Under the pieces are notes generated by a model. That model made no database searches. It worked only from the letters and a program-made list of their open reading frames with translations, and was not told where the DNA came from. 64,000 nt of DNA. It comes from Paragordius varius (Eukaryota; Animalia; Nematomorpha). How positions within the stretch are numbered: position 1 is the first letter of the stretch; every line of letters starts with the position of its first letter. Below are positions 1-12,886 of the stretch, piece by piece. The stretch spans positions 10,726,001 to 10,790,000 of the forward strand of contig OZ176050.1 of the NCBI GenBank assembly GCA_964247055.1. The letters are read 5' to 3'. Made by a program: the position numbers and the translations under genes.

Positions 1-152
1 TGTGTGTGTAGAAAGAGACAGTATCCCGAAGCTGAGCAAATTCACCATTACTGTTAGCCTTGGGTAGGCAAGTGTTACCGCTTTCACAAGACCTAATATA
101 CAATAAGTCACTGCACTTTGTTAAATGCAAACTGAAAAAAGAGATTCTTAAC

Positions 153-343
153 CAGTGATATTTAAACCGCGGTTCTAAAATACTTTTTTATGGCCCTGGA
201 TTGTTTATTAGATTTTTAGTAACTTATTTTGAGTGTAATTCAAATGTGTCAATCAGTTTTTATCGGTATTATATGGGGACGGCGCTTGAGACAAGATACA
301 TATTTTTTTGCGGCTCTTTATCATTATTTGGTGAATATCACTG
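153..343. mobile_element. hAT-derived MITE (~190 bp) sharing ends with the hAT element at 46491
   Basis: TIRs CAGTGATATTTA / TGAATATCACTG. The left end CAGTGATATTTAAACCGCGG matches CAGTGATACTCAAACCGCGG at 46491. The 8-bp flanks match only 5/8. Confidence 0.55.
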
Positions 344-422
344 CTTTTAAACTGTATTTTTTCATTTTTACCTCTTTTTGTCGAAATGAACCTTTGTGAC
401 TTTTCTTAATCATTTAATCTTG

Positions 423-680
423 TATACCATTTACATTTCAAATTCACCCTTAATTCCGATTCACCCTCGAACAATTCAAATTCACCCTAGAATGTGTTTT
501 TAAGATTAATTATTGCCTCTATTTTTATATATTTTTAAAAAATAAAATTTTGTTTTGAATTAAAATTATACTAAAAAAATAATAAATTATTCCATAAAGA
601 TATTTTATATTAATAATGAGTTACATTAGTTCGAAAACACATGATTTATTTTTAGGGTGAATTTGAATTGCAAAGGTATA
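423..680. mobile_element. MITE family A (TA-flanked, TATACCATTTACA termini, AATTCAAATTCACCCT subterminal repeats)
   Basis: Left end TATACCATTTACA; degenerate right end GGGTGAATTTGAATTGCAAAGGTATA; internal sequence shared with copies at 7725, 16295 and 31969. Confidence 0.75.
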
Positions 681-1822
681 TAATGAAGTTTTAGCGGATT
701 TTCTTACCCCACAAAACAAGTTTGTATTTTTGCACCAACCAATAAATAGCAGTTGACAATATTCTAAAATTGAATTATGACTTTTTTTATGAAATTTTTG
801 TTTGCGCAGTCTCCGCCTAAAAAAAGGTTTGTTTGACTACAGTTTGAAATGAACCCAAAACAAACCATGTTTAATGTTCCCTTGATTTCCCAATTTCATT
901 TCCAAAAATTTTGGCTTGACCGTTTGTTGTGGATTGTAGTAATTAAAAAAGCTTTTGTATATTTGTCCTTAATTACTTGATACCACAAAAAGGTAACACA
1001 TCAATCATAAAAAATTAATTACAAACGTGATATGTAAAAGTTTTTTTATATGTAAAACTTTATTTTTTATTTTTGGTTATTATAATACTGAAATTTTTTG
1101 AATCATTTTAATTTTAAAACAAGCAATGATAAATAATGACGCGTTATTTTCCTTGATACACCATTTATAATTTTGATAAAAATACAAATGATATATACTA
1201 AAATTAATTAATTTTTATAATGGTTTCCTGTATAAAATAAATAATATGTGACAAGAGTTACCTAAAAATGAACAAAAAACGTTACGTCAATAATAATGAT
1301 AATTAATAAACAAAATTTTATAAAAACGAAACAATTTGTTTTATTTTTCATTTCAAATCCCCTAAATTTTAGGTAATTTTGTATGAAAAAAAATTTGTCA
1401 ACACATCAATCACAGTTTGGTCTGGTCTAATATGGCGTGGTGATGAGACCTACAATAACCATTTAGTTACTAATAATAACATAACAAGGTTTTTAAATTA
1501 ATTAATTAATCAAAAAAGTTGATATTTTCTGTTGTTCATGTATAACAATATATATATTATTGCATTTTGAAATACTGATAGAAAGTAACAGTTTATATTA
1601 CCAACAATTTTCACACCATAGGTGTCAAATATACGACATAATACACAAAAATAAATTGTTATCATCAGGTGTGTTTGACAAATGGGATTAAGCCTAAGAT
1701 GGATGTACACAGGGTAAAATCTTTCCATTCAATTTTGATAATTAAAATTTCAGTTGCAAAAAAATGTAAAAAAACCTACCTCTCTTATTTCCCTTTTGAA
1801 TATCAGGAAAAAAAAGTTTTAC

Positions 1823-1952
1823 CTGATAACCCCTTTGATTCATATCTGCCTGGTCTAAGAACAGATTTTTCTTGATTTGAAATCGGAATAAGTAATGCGG
1901 CGAATATGCATATCAAACACAAAGCCATCTTCTTATCTGTAAGTTGTCCCAT
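1823..1952 (-). CDS. Candidate exon of an unidentified secreted or membrane protein (MGQLTDKKMALCLICIFAALLIPISNQEKSVLRPGRYESKGLS)
   Basis: Open 43-codon stretch with a hydrophobic segment, ending at a GT donor. Downstream exons could not be joined consistently. Confidence 0.25.
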
Positions 1953-2375
1953 TATAACTGGTGGTCTTTATAAAAAATAAATTAACTACTGGTGGTTAAA
2001 GAGTTTGTGTTACTAAATATAAATCGAAAAACTTTTAAAAATGACAGCAAAAGAAAAAAATGATCAAATTCGAAATTTTTTAAAGGTTTTCAGAAAAAAT
2101 ACAGATCCATAGCCTTTATAGAAAGATGTATTGAGAGAGGGTTAAATACAATTTTTTTAAAAACTAAATGATATTTTAACCAAGAGGCGTTAATGAAGAA
2201 TACAGCCCCCCTTAATTGATGGATGAAATGGCTAAGGTGTTAAAAGATTTATATTTCCGCGACTGTTATAAAAAATATTAATCAAGATATCTTACTTAAT
2301 AAGACATCATCATGTTATATGTTTTAAAATTTTATTAATATTAAAATAATGGATATATATAGTCTTTCCAATAAG

Positions 2376-2379
<4 letters not shown>

Positions 2380-2412
<33 letters not shown>
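2380..2412. repeat. (TA)n microsatellite
   Basis: Direct dinucleotide run. Confidence 0.95.
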
Positions 2413-2417
<5 letters not shown>

Positions 2418-4811
2418 TTTATTTTAGCATATTTATGAGAGAATATATGTATATTTTATCACATATTAATATCTTGTATGTCTTTTAGAAGTTTTTTTAT
2501 TTTTAGAGGCAATATGATAATGTATAGTAGATAATAAACTATCACCTGTAAAATGGGTATTAAATTCGATATTATTAGTTTTTAATAACTATCTAAATAT
2601 TTGTTTATTTTAAAAATTATTGATATAAACTATACCAAATAATATTCCTAGCATATATGTAACAAAAAATTTAGAATTTTTTTTTAAAAAAAAACATAAA
2701 AAATTTCCATGTTTAAAACAATCATTAAACTGTACTTTATAAAAAAAACTATACACTTTCTTAATGTTACTTTTTTTAGAGCTAGACGAGTTTCAAAGAC
2801 AGAAAGTTACAGGAAATCTTTAAAAATTAATTAGGTAGGATATATTAGAGTTAATTTTATAATTTTATTTTTTTGATACAAAGGATAAATAAAACGTTTA
2901 AATACTTTAATTTTAAAAGTCATGAAGACTAATAAAATATATTTACCTGTAATATTTTTTCATTTTTATGATTTATTGCTTTTTTACACGCATGAAAAAA
3001 ATCTTAATTAATCATTATATTATATGTGTCACTTTTAAGATTTTATAAAATTTAGTGATGACAAGAGTAGTATAATTCAAGTTTAAAAGAAAGCATCAAA
3101 AAGTTATTATATATTTTTATTATTAACCATTTCCTATAGCTTTTGTAATTTGTAAATGTATAAATTTTTATAAAATATTTTACCACAGCATTTTAAGAAC
3201 AAATGCTTTGTATTATATTAGGAGTTGGAATTAGAATTAAACCAATTTTATATATTTATAGATTATAAAATAAATTTTACGCCAATAAAGCTATCTCGTT
3301 AATACACCAAACAATATAAAATCTCAAAAAATAAAGTGCTAAACATATATCCTATACGTCAATTCAATTTATATGCAAAAGATTCTTTAACAATCTCTCA
3401 TTCATTCATTTCAAAATTTGGATGTTAAACCCAAGTTACATTAAAAATTTTTTTTCCTGCCTGCACAATGAAGATTTTAATGATTTATTTTTATGAACAC
3501 CGGATGTTTTTAAGATAGTTAGTAATTCATAAATATAATTAAAATTTTAATTGCAATTACGTTTGTATAGTGTTGCAATTAAGATGAAATTTAATCAAAT
3601 GCATCAGTTTATCAAACCATAATTTTTTTAGCTTAACAAGTTTGGAAGTGCAAATAATCATTTATTGTTATTACTATTTATTGTTTCAAAATAGCCAATA
3701 AAATACAACATTTAAGTTAAAACCAAATCCTCTGTGATTCAGCCTAATTTACAGTAGCGAGAACTATTATTGGCGATTTCGGTTTTTTAATTGGCTTAAA
3801 AGGGATTTTATATACATGTGTGTTGGTAAAATGTATTACATCTTTCATTCATTTAAACATAAATTTCATTGCGAACAGGCGTCAACTGTATCTTTTGCTA
3901 TATAACTAATCATACATACCTAGAGACGTGTAAATTTAATTGCCTTTCAGCCATTTAAAAAGCAAAATGGCCGATAATTGTATTCGTGACTGTTAGATAC
4001 TATACATGATTGTCAATATCATAATATATTTAAGTATTAAGACTATGTTATATGGCGCATATACGGGAATCAAAAAATGAGTGTGTTTGGTTTGATTAAC
4101 CCCTCGAAACTATAGTATTGGGGCAGGAAGTGCTACATAATATAACTAATAAAAACATTCATTTGAAATAGTTAGATATCCTACATCAGTTAATGTCTTA
4201 AATTAACACTCTCATATTTTGGACATAAGCGACATAATGTTTTACAGGCAGTATCGGCCCTACAACCTCACAAAAAGCTACAACTAAGCAGTGCCATAAT
4301 ACCTATAATGATAAATATTTTTAAAAAATCTAGTTTGTAGAGAAAGGTAATTTGCTTCTAAACAATTTTTTTAAAGAAAATGATTAATATTTTTTATTTG
4401 TGAATAACGGTCAAAACTGTGGTCGATGTTTTTTTACATTATTTGACATTAAATATAATCAACCGATAATTTTGGCATTTTTTCCTCCCTTATTATAACC
4501 ATATTTTTTGTATTAAGGCCAACTTATTTCTTAAGAGAATCGATCTAACTGGAGCTATGAGCCATTGTAAAATACACTAATTGCATATTCATTTGGTGAA
4601 ATTCATGCAATCAATATAAGAAATCATCGTTTCTAAAAAGTTTTGAACAAAAATACAATTTATTTATAAATTACATATAAGGGGTATTGATAGCACACAA
4701 CATCTATAAAATACACATAAAACAAATAGTAATTAATAAATGTTTTGAAAAGAAAATATAAAGGTATTTTTTTATAATATTTGTAGATTTCTCTAAGATC
4801 TTTCCTTTGTT

Positions 4812-4927
4812 TTATTTTCTACGCTTTCGATCAGAACCCACGGGCAAAATCATGAAAGCTCGTTGATGCCGATTAAACCATCGAGATTGTATTAACCGAT
4901 CCAATGGCCTATTCATGGGGTCATAAC
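4812..4927 (-). CDS. Candidate terminal exon (xYDPMNRPLDRLIQSRWFNRHQRAFMILPVGSDRKRRK*)
   Basis: Pyrimidine-rich acceptor (TATTTTTTTAG) followed by a phase-1 open frame to TAA; GC above background. No homology recognised. Confidence 0.3.
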
Positions 4928-6071
4928 CTAAAAAAATAGATAAACATCTAATTATGGATATTTTAATAAAAATTTAAGTTAAAATATAGCGAGGTGATAA
5001 AATGATTGATAATTTTTTTATATGTAACTTTTTACACTTTTATGATAAAAGCAAGCAAAAAAACAAGGCTTTTAGCGCCCTAAAAATTATGCATTAAGCT
5101 TTTTCTAAATTAAATGTTTTGTTGAAATGCAGAGTATCCAGAATATATTAAATCCAGATTAGATGTTTTTATTTTAATCTATAGAGATAATTTAAATAAA
5201 TTAGCCCTGGGAAATATGAATAAAAAAGTGATTTATATTAATTATACTAAATGAGGATAAATCTTTTATTTCCAATTTATATTTATCAATAAAATGTTAT
5301 TTAAAAAAATGGAAAAGTGGTTATTTTTTTACTTTCGACTCCGTTTTTCGAATTACTCCACAGTCCAAAAGAACATAGAATTATTCCAATCAAGAAAAAT
5401 CCCACAAATTTTAACACGCTATTAAACATTTTCCTTAAGCTGATGAGTAATTAAAATAAAATAAAATTGAAGTTTAAATTAAAAGTATTTATCTAATACA
5501 AATTAAAATAATTTGCCAAATATGTCGAAAATACAGGATTCTTGTAGTAAAAAATGATTATGTAGATTTTTGTGGGAAAGTTGTAAGATAGGATAAAATA
5601 AGTTACAAAAAATTTATCATCTGAAATATTGTATTTTATACAGTGTATGTGTCACACAAATGCCAAGGTGTTAATGCATCCTGTTAAGGGGATTCGGAAT
5701 ATACATTTGTATATTTTATGTTTTTTATGCTTTTCTCTATAGAAAGCTATCTGGGGTTCTAACTATAAGTAACTATTTCTTAGAATTAATTTAAACTCTA
5801 ATTATGATTTTTATCTAATTTGTCATATTTGGTCAATTTTATCATTCATTATATATTAATTTTAAATTTGATTTAAAATGAAATTAAAATATTAAATAAA
5901 AAAGAGGAGAGACCAAAATTAGCATCACCCAAGTTTTGCGCTTCTATATCTTAATACTATAAAAATGTAGTAAGTATAAATATGATCTAAGACGCCATGT
6001 TAAATATTATTTTCAGAAAAAATTGGTAATATTTTTACAAATATAATAATATATGGCCAAATTCTTTTAAA

Positions 6072-6199
6072 TATACCATTTACAGTTCAAATTCACCCTC
6101 CAACAATTCAAATTTACCCTATAATAAATTATGTGTGTTTTAAGATAAAAATTATCACAAAATTCATTTTTAGGATGAATTTGAATCGTAAATGGTATA
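6072..6199. mobile_element. MITE family A, internally deleted copy
   Basis: TATACCATTTACA...CGTAAATGGTATA termini with the same subterminal repeats. Confidence 0.75.
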
Positions 6200-6248
6200 C
6201 TTAACGGTTATAAAAATCAGTTCATATGTTCCAAATTCATCTTTGAAT

Positions 6249-6499
6249 CAGGACTGTCCCACAAAATGGGTTCGCGGGTCGCATTTGTAAAATATATAAG
6301 GATTAACAAATATTTTATTTTAAACATAAGATTGTAAAACTACTATTTATTTATACATTTTTTGCTAGACGACTGAAATTTGGGAATATTTGTTGATTTG
6401 TTCTTGAAAATCATTTTAATTCAATATGCCAAAAATTTGTGTCTAAAATTACTCGCGGGCCGTAAAAATATTTGGAGGGGCTCGTGTTGGATATTACTG
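6249..6499. mobile_element. hAT-type MITE
   Basis: Imperfect TIRs CAGGACTGTCCCAC / GTTGGATATTACTG; subterminal CGCGGG(T/C)CG motifs; flanks CTTTGAAT / CTTTAAAC resemble a degenerate 8-bp TSD. Confidence 0.55.
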
Positions 6500-7578
6500 C
6501 TTTAAACAATGATTATACATATTGTTAATGTTTTGATAATGAGGTTGTGAGTTATAAATTTACTACAATTATCAAGACCCATATTTTTAATACCGATATT
6601 TCGTTCAAGGTTTTAACCATGGATTGTAATAAGGCTAAATATAAGTATATATTTGACCAAATTTGGGTATAAAACAAAATAACTTGTGGCATATATTTTA
6701 TTACATAACTTTCTAGAATGAGTAAATATAGTATTGGCCCTTATAAATCATTCATAATATTCGGGTGTTGGTTAATTGAAAACCTTTGCTCATTAAGACA
6801 AAACTGTGAGTATTTTTTATAATATTATAATGGGTTTTTGAATGGGAAAGATTGGAAACGTTCGAAAAATCTAAAAGTCAAATCCTGCTTATTATTATTA
6901 AATAAAGTATATTCTGTATATAAACCAAAAATACCAGGGTAAAAAAAATCTTTCATAATTGAAAAATTATTAGGAAAAAAATTTTTTGACTAAAAATTTA
7001 ATCCATTATGCATGATGAAAGAAAAATCTTATTTGAAATTAATATTTAAAATAATTAAATTTTGTGTATCATTTTCATGCATCAATACCTTAAGAAAAGA
7101 ATTTAAATCAAATTAGAAAAATATAATTTACAATGTTCTATGGTTTTGATATATACCTAGATTTTTAGTGTAAAAAATAAAATCATTAAATAAATTACAT
7201 ATTATGTTCGATTTTGGCATATTATATGAACACACGACAATAAAGGATGAAATACATTAAATTAAAAAAAAATGAAAATTTCTGTTTACTAAATAAATTC
7301 AGATTATTTTTGACAATATATTTGAGCTAGGAACCGGGCTAAAAACCGGAACCAATAACCGCTTGCTAAAACTCCAAAAAAGTTACAATATGAATTTTGA
7401 AATTGGAGCTATGGTGGCTAAAAAAAGGTAAAAATGAAATATTGCTTTCAAACATTATTTGTTCAAGAACTCGTTCTGTTCGTATTTTTTTATATCACAT
7501 GACAAAATTTTGTTTGTTGGTGTATAAATATATGTGAAGCCGAAAATCCAGTATGCATTTTAATGGTTGCTTATTTTA

Positions 7579-7697
7579 CACTATAATAGGGCAATTTGCC
7601 ACACAATAGTGCATGGAAAAAACAACAGATAGTTGAAACAATTATTTCCTTTCTTTTTTCCATATACTCCTGTACTGCGAATTGCCCAACTATAGTG
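7579..7697. mobile_element. 119-bp inverted-repeat mini element with CACTA termini
   Basis: CACTATAATAGGGCAATTTGC vs GCGAATTGCCCAACTATAGTG. The TSD is not clear. Confidence 0.5.
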
Positions 7698-7724
7698 TGA
7701 AAACTATACTGTAATCGTAAATGT

Positions 7725-8037
7725 TATACCATTTACAATTCAATTTCACCCTTAAACAATTCAAATTCACCCTTGAAAAATTCAAATTACCCTCAAATAA
7801 AATATATGTTTTTTAAGATTAAAAAACACCTATATTTTATATATTTTTAAAAAATAAAAATTTTGTTTTAAATTAAAATAATACTGAAAAATAATAAACT
7901 ATACCATAAACATATATTTCATATTAATAATGAGTTATATTAGTTTTAAAACACGTAATTTATTTTTAGGGTGAATTTGAATTGTTTAAGGGTGAATTCG
8001 AATTGTTCAAGGGTGAATTTGAACTGTAAATGGTATA
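7725..8037. mobile_element. MITE family A, full-length copy
   Basis: Perfect TATACCATTTACA / TGTAAATGGTATA termini; three ~19-bp subterminal repeats at each end. Confidence 0.85.
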
Positions 8038-10102
8038 TCATCAATGTTTGATTCTGATATAAAAGAGAGCATAAAGGTATTGTTTAACGGGATTGGGAAC
8101 GCTTTTAAACCAATAGCAAATAGATATGTTTGCCACATGATATAAATATATATGTTTTTTAAAAAAGATGTAAAAAAATTAAAATTTATATGTTATTAAA
8201 TTTTTGACTATTGTTAAAAATAAATTAATAAAACTATAAATAGGGATCTTTAATTATGTTATGTTATTTCAGCACATATATTTTTTAAAAAATAATTGTT
8301 TAAAAATGTGAATTGCATTCGTAAGCGGTAGTTATTATATTAATGTCATCGCTTTCGAGTTTCCAACTAGGAATTGTCTCGTGTTTTAAATATGGTTATT
8401 AAATGATGTTTTACTATAAAAATACAATAATATATACATATATATTAGATATTTGTGGCAAAAAATAATATATCCTCCAATTTGAATTATTATATTGTGT
8501 TTTACGAAAATACCTTAATTGTTCAGGTTTTAAAAAAATCAATCAGAAAATTCAGTTATAATAATGGTCAGCAAAATCGACTTAAAATATATATATTCTT
8601 ATTGAAATATGCAAGATTTTACATGGCTTTTATGAATTTATATTATTTTCACTAATGAAGTAATTTCTCGACGTTGAAAAAAAATGGAGAAATTAGGGCA
8701 CAAATAATATTTTTAAGAGCTAATAAATTAAAATATATGTTAATAATATCATATAATATTTAAAAAAACAAAACAATATTAATTTTAATTTTATTTTTAA
8801 ATGTGCGCTCCGTAAATATCTAATTTTTGGGCTCGTCTAAAATAGATTTTAAAATACGCGGAAAAAGCAGTGATTGTGATATTTTATAATACCTAAAAGT
8901 ATTTATAACCCATTTTAGAAAGGAAAATTGGGACCGAAGCTCACATCACAAAATTAAAATATTTTAAAAATTGCTTTTTTAGGTAATTTATGAGATATTT
9001 AAAAAATATTTTTTGAGTAAAGCACTAAATTTCACCAAATTACATATAATATGCTCTTGCCATTTTTTAATATGGAGCCTTACCACAAAGTGTAAATGCA
9101 CCAAAAGCAACATGAAAATTTAGCTACATTTTTCCATCAAAATATATATACTTCATCATGTTATTGTTATGTCCCCCATTTTTTGGACGAAGTTTATATA
9201 TATATATCCGCAGGATATTTTTGCGTGCAGTGTAGATATTGGATTAAATTAAATATGCATTCTATAGCTTTTTAGGCACATTTTTTTATCTAAAACTAAA
9301 CTTTATGCCGCATTTTTTTGGATATATTTGTCGATAATATATAAAGCAATTTAGTGGGCGAAGTGTAAATAATGTTAGTGATTGAAAAATAATCGAACAT
9401 GTATTTAGATAAAAAGTCTTATTTTGCAAATTAATGCCAATATGTAACCACTAATATTTAAACAAACACATATCAATTTTTGCCAAAATGTAATTTAAAA
9501 GATTTCTAAAGTTATTACATTTTGTAGCTGTCTCCCGGTAAAAAAGAAAAAATGGCTGCGAAACTCAAATGAGTACCATGTAATTTGCAAAATAATTTTA
9601 TAAATCAAGCGCCTAAAAGGCTAAAGAAGGCATATTTTATTTTAACCCATTGATGAAGTTTTCCTAGGCTAAAATACCACAATGTGTCGAAACGCCAAAA
9701 AATTGGTATGGACCTATGATTAAATATAAAATTTAATTAACGTTATATATAATGTTTTGATGTTTAGTTTTATATTTGATCTATCAGAATCATGTATATT
9801 TTAATATTTAAATTTGAAATGGTTCTATAAAAAGATTAAATCACTAATTATTGAATTTTAAATTTTGTTGAGATTAAAAAAATGCTTTATTTAAGATTTA
9901 CAAACCTATGACAAAGCTTTTTTTTAGGTTTAATAACCAATTTTTCTAATATTATATTATAACTATGATAGATAAACTACCCAGATTATTTTTTTTTAGA
10001 TAATCAGGTTTTTACATACATCAACCTGTTTAAAATATAAAACAAAATTTTAATCTGCATATTTGCGGATTATAAATAGGTAATTATATAGACGAAAATT
10101 AA

Positions 10103-10648
10103 CACTTCGATTCAAATTGGGGTATCTAAATACCCCATACTAAATTTAAATTAAAATTTTTAAAAAACTACTGAAGGAAACGGTCCCAATTTAAATTTAT
10201 GCTCCTATCCTGATAAATATTATATAAATATGCCAAAATATCTTAATAAAATTTTGTTTTGCCATTTTTATTTTACAAAAATTTTGCAAAATATCGTCTT
10301 CATTTAATTTTTATGGTAAAACTAAAGCTTATTTTTTATATAAATTTCATCTAACATTGATAAAAATAGAAAAAGGGTTTATTTTGTATTATTTTTTAAT
10401 TTTGCAATTTGACACTTGTCACTTTGACTAAATTTTTACCTTTCAGTTTTAGCTCAAAATAAGTAATCAAGTATTTTTAAATAAAATTTTTATATATTTC
10501 GGTTTATTAAAGTTATATAAGTGCAAAATTTTGCCATGGTTTCGATTGCTTCCATACTTTTTAAAGTATTTGATTTTAAACAGGCCAGGGGTATCCAATT
10601 ACCCCAATTCGAATCGAAGGACTAAAATGAGTGTGTTGTATCCAAGTG
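10103..10648 (+). mobile_element. piggyBac-like non-autonomous element, copy 1
   Basis: Flanked by TTAA at 10099 and 10649. Ends are CACTTCGATTCAAA / reverse complement of CACTTGGATACAAC, with an internal repeat (CTTCGATTCAAATTGGGGTA..GATACCCC) asymmetrically spaced from the two ends, as in piggyBac. Confidence 0.7.
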
Positions 10649-10692
10649 TTAAAATTATTTACATATGTAAGTAAGGACGAAAAACGCTTTAA

Positions 10693-11278
10693 CACTTGGA
10701 TACAACACACTCATTTTAGTCCTTCGATTCAAATTGGGGTAGTTGGATACCCCAGGCCTGTTTAAAATTAAATTCTTCAAAAAATATAGAAGGAATTGAT
10801 ACCATGGCAAAATTTTGCACTTATCTAACATTAATAAACCGAAATATAAAAAAAATTTTATTCAAAAATACTTGATATTACTTATTTTAAGCTAAAACCG
10901 AAAGATAAAAATTTCGGCAACGGGACATATGTCAAATTGTAAAATTGAAAAATTATACAAACTAAACCGCTTTTTCGATTTCTTTCAATGTTAGATGTAA
11001 TTTATATTAAAAATTAGCTTTAGTTTTACGCTTAAAATTAAATAATGACCATATTTTCCAAAAATTTTGTAAAATAAAAATGCCGTCGAAATAGTTTGAG
11101 ATGGAGCTTTTTTTTTCAAAACAATATTTTAGCAAGATATTTTGGCGCATATTTATATAATATTTATCAGGATAGAAGCATAAATTTAAATTGGGACCGT
11201 TTCCTTCAGTAGTTTTTTTTAAAATATTAATTTTAATTTAGTCTGGGGTATTTAGATACCCCAATTTGAATCGAAGTG
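10693..11278 (-). mobile_element. piggyBac-like non-autonomous element, copy 2 (inverted)
   Basis: Reverse complement of copy 1 along its length; TTAA at 10689 and 11279. Confidence 0.7.
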
Positions 11279-11289
11279 TTAAATTTATA

Positions 11290-11700
11290 ATATTTATGTA
11301 GAAAAGTAGAAGGAAAGTAATAAAAATTTGATGTCTCATATATATAATTAAAACATTTGATATTTGTTTTAAAAAATAACCCACATGCGTAAAATATTTT
11401 ATCAAGATCCACTTTTCGTAGTTTTCGATCCAGGGATAGCATCTACTCTCCATAAAGCAATTGGTTTTTTTATAAATGAATTATAGATAATTTTGGTGTA
11501 TTCAATTTCAATTTATTGGTATGCCTCTGCTGTAAAATTTCTCTTTAGAAAAAACGTTTGATTTTAATGCAAGAAGAGGTCTTTTATCTTCATATTTTTC
11601 AAAATTTTACCATCATGCAGGGAAGTGAAGTTTTAAGTTACAAAAACTTAATGGTGCTCATGATGAAACTTGATAGTCTTTTCGCCTATCGATTTTCTGT
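11290..11700 (-). pseudogene. Possible piggyBac transposase C-terminal relic
   Basis: Minus-strand fragments TSLHDGK and KWILIKYFTHVGYFLKQISNVLIIY loosely resemble the piggyBac ST(M)HD and KWxxKxFFHLLDxAxxNAYIxY segments; frameshifted. Confidence 0.3.
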
Positions 11701-12574
11701 CTACCTTTATTTTAAAGTCAGACCGGAACAATTTGTAATAAAGTCTGGCATAAAGTATGGAACAGATTATGGTAAAATTTTTTATGTATAAATTTTGCTT
11801 TTTGCGAAAATTGGGTATTCTTCCATAAAACTTTAAACTGAAATTACACCTCTAAGATAATCAATTTCAAATAAAATTAACATAAATTATTGGAAAAAAT
11901 ATTTTACATATATATTAACCAAAAATACCTATTAGACAGGTAATCTAATGCAACACGGTAATTTTTTTAAAAGTGACTTAGCTAATAGTATAAATTGGGG
12001 GTGTTGGCCTGTATGAATAGTTAAATCATTATTTGCATAATTATTTTTATTTCATATAGTTTATATGCAAATACACAAGGCAAATCGTTTTATATCGTTC
12101 AAATATATACTTAACTTGGCGCTTTATTTTAGTAATTGATTGTATATTATTTTTTTGGATTAAATTATTACTTTTAAATATAACGCTCGCGATTGGAATG
12201 TTTTGTTTTTATAGTTTGGAAATTTAGAGCCGGCTAGGTATCCCCCATTTTTAATATGAATAGTGACCTTTGGAACGTTTTTTGTAAATATATAGCTTGG
12301 TTTGGGGTCCGGTTAGGTATATACCTCTACTCAACGAAAATGGCTACAAACTTATATTATTGATACAAAACCAATTTAAAGGGAAAAAGATTACAATTCA
12401 TAGATCTAATTAATGTACACAACCAATATCCAATATTGGCCGATTACAAAATATATTTTATTTTAAAAATTGTCGGTTTTGATTTTTTCCAGAGGTCTAA
12501 GACGGATATTCTTTTTACTATTCATCCTTCTCTTTTTTCAAAGGCAGTAAACCGAATCTCTAGCTATTATGGAG

Positions 12575-12886
12575 TAATAAACCATTTTTTCTATTTCTAT
12601 CAATGTTAGATGCAATTTAAATAAAAATTTAGCTTTAATATTACCCTTAAATTAAATGAAGACGATATTTTCTAAATATTTTGTAAAATAAAAATGGCGT
12701 CAAAGTAGTCTCACATGGAACTTTTTTTTCAAAACAAAATTTTATTTAGATATTTTGGCATATTAATATAATTTTTATTAGGATAGAAGCATAAATTTTA
12801 ATTGGGACCGTTTCACTCAGTAGTTTTTTAATAATTGTAACTTTTTTAGTCTGGGGTATGCAGACACACCAATTTGAATCGAAGTG
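12575..12886 (-). mobile_element. piggyBac-like element, truncated copy 3
   Basis: Matches ~10960-11278 and ends in AATTTGAATCGAAGTG followed by TTAA. Confidence 0.65.

Noticed and set aside
7737-7795. Regularly spaced ~19-bp repeats (AATTCAAATTCACCCTTGAAC) suggesting a CRISPR array
   Set aside because: There are no unique spacers; the repeats are mirrored at the other end of a TIR-bounded MITE, and the context is eukaryotic.
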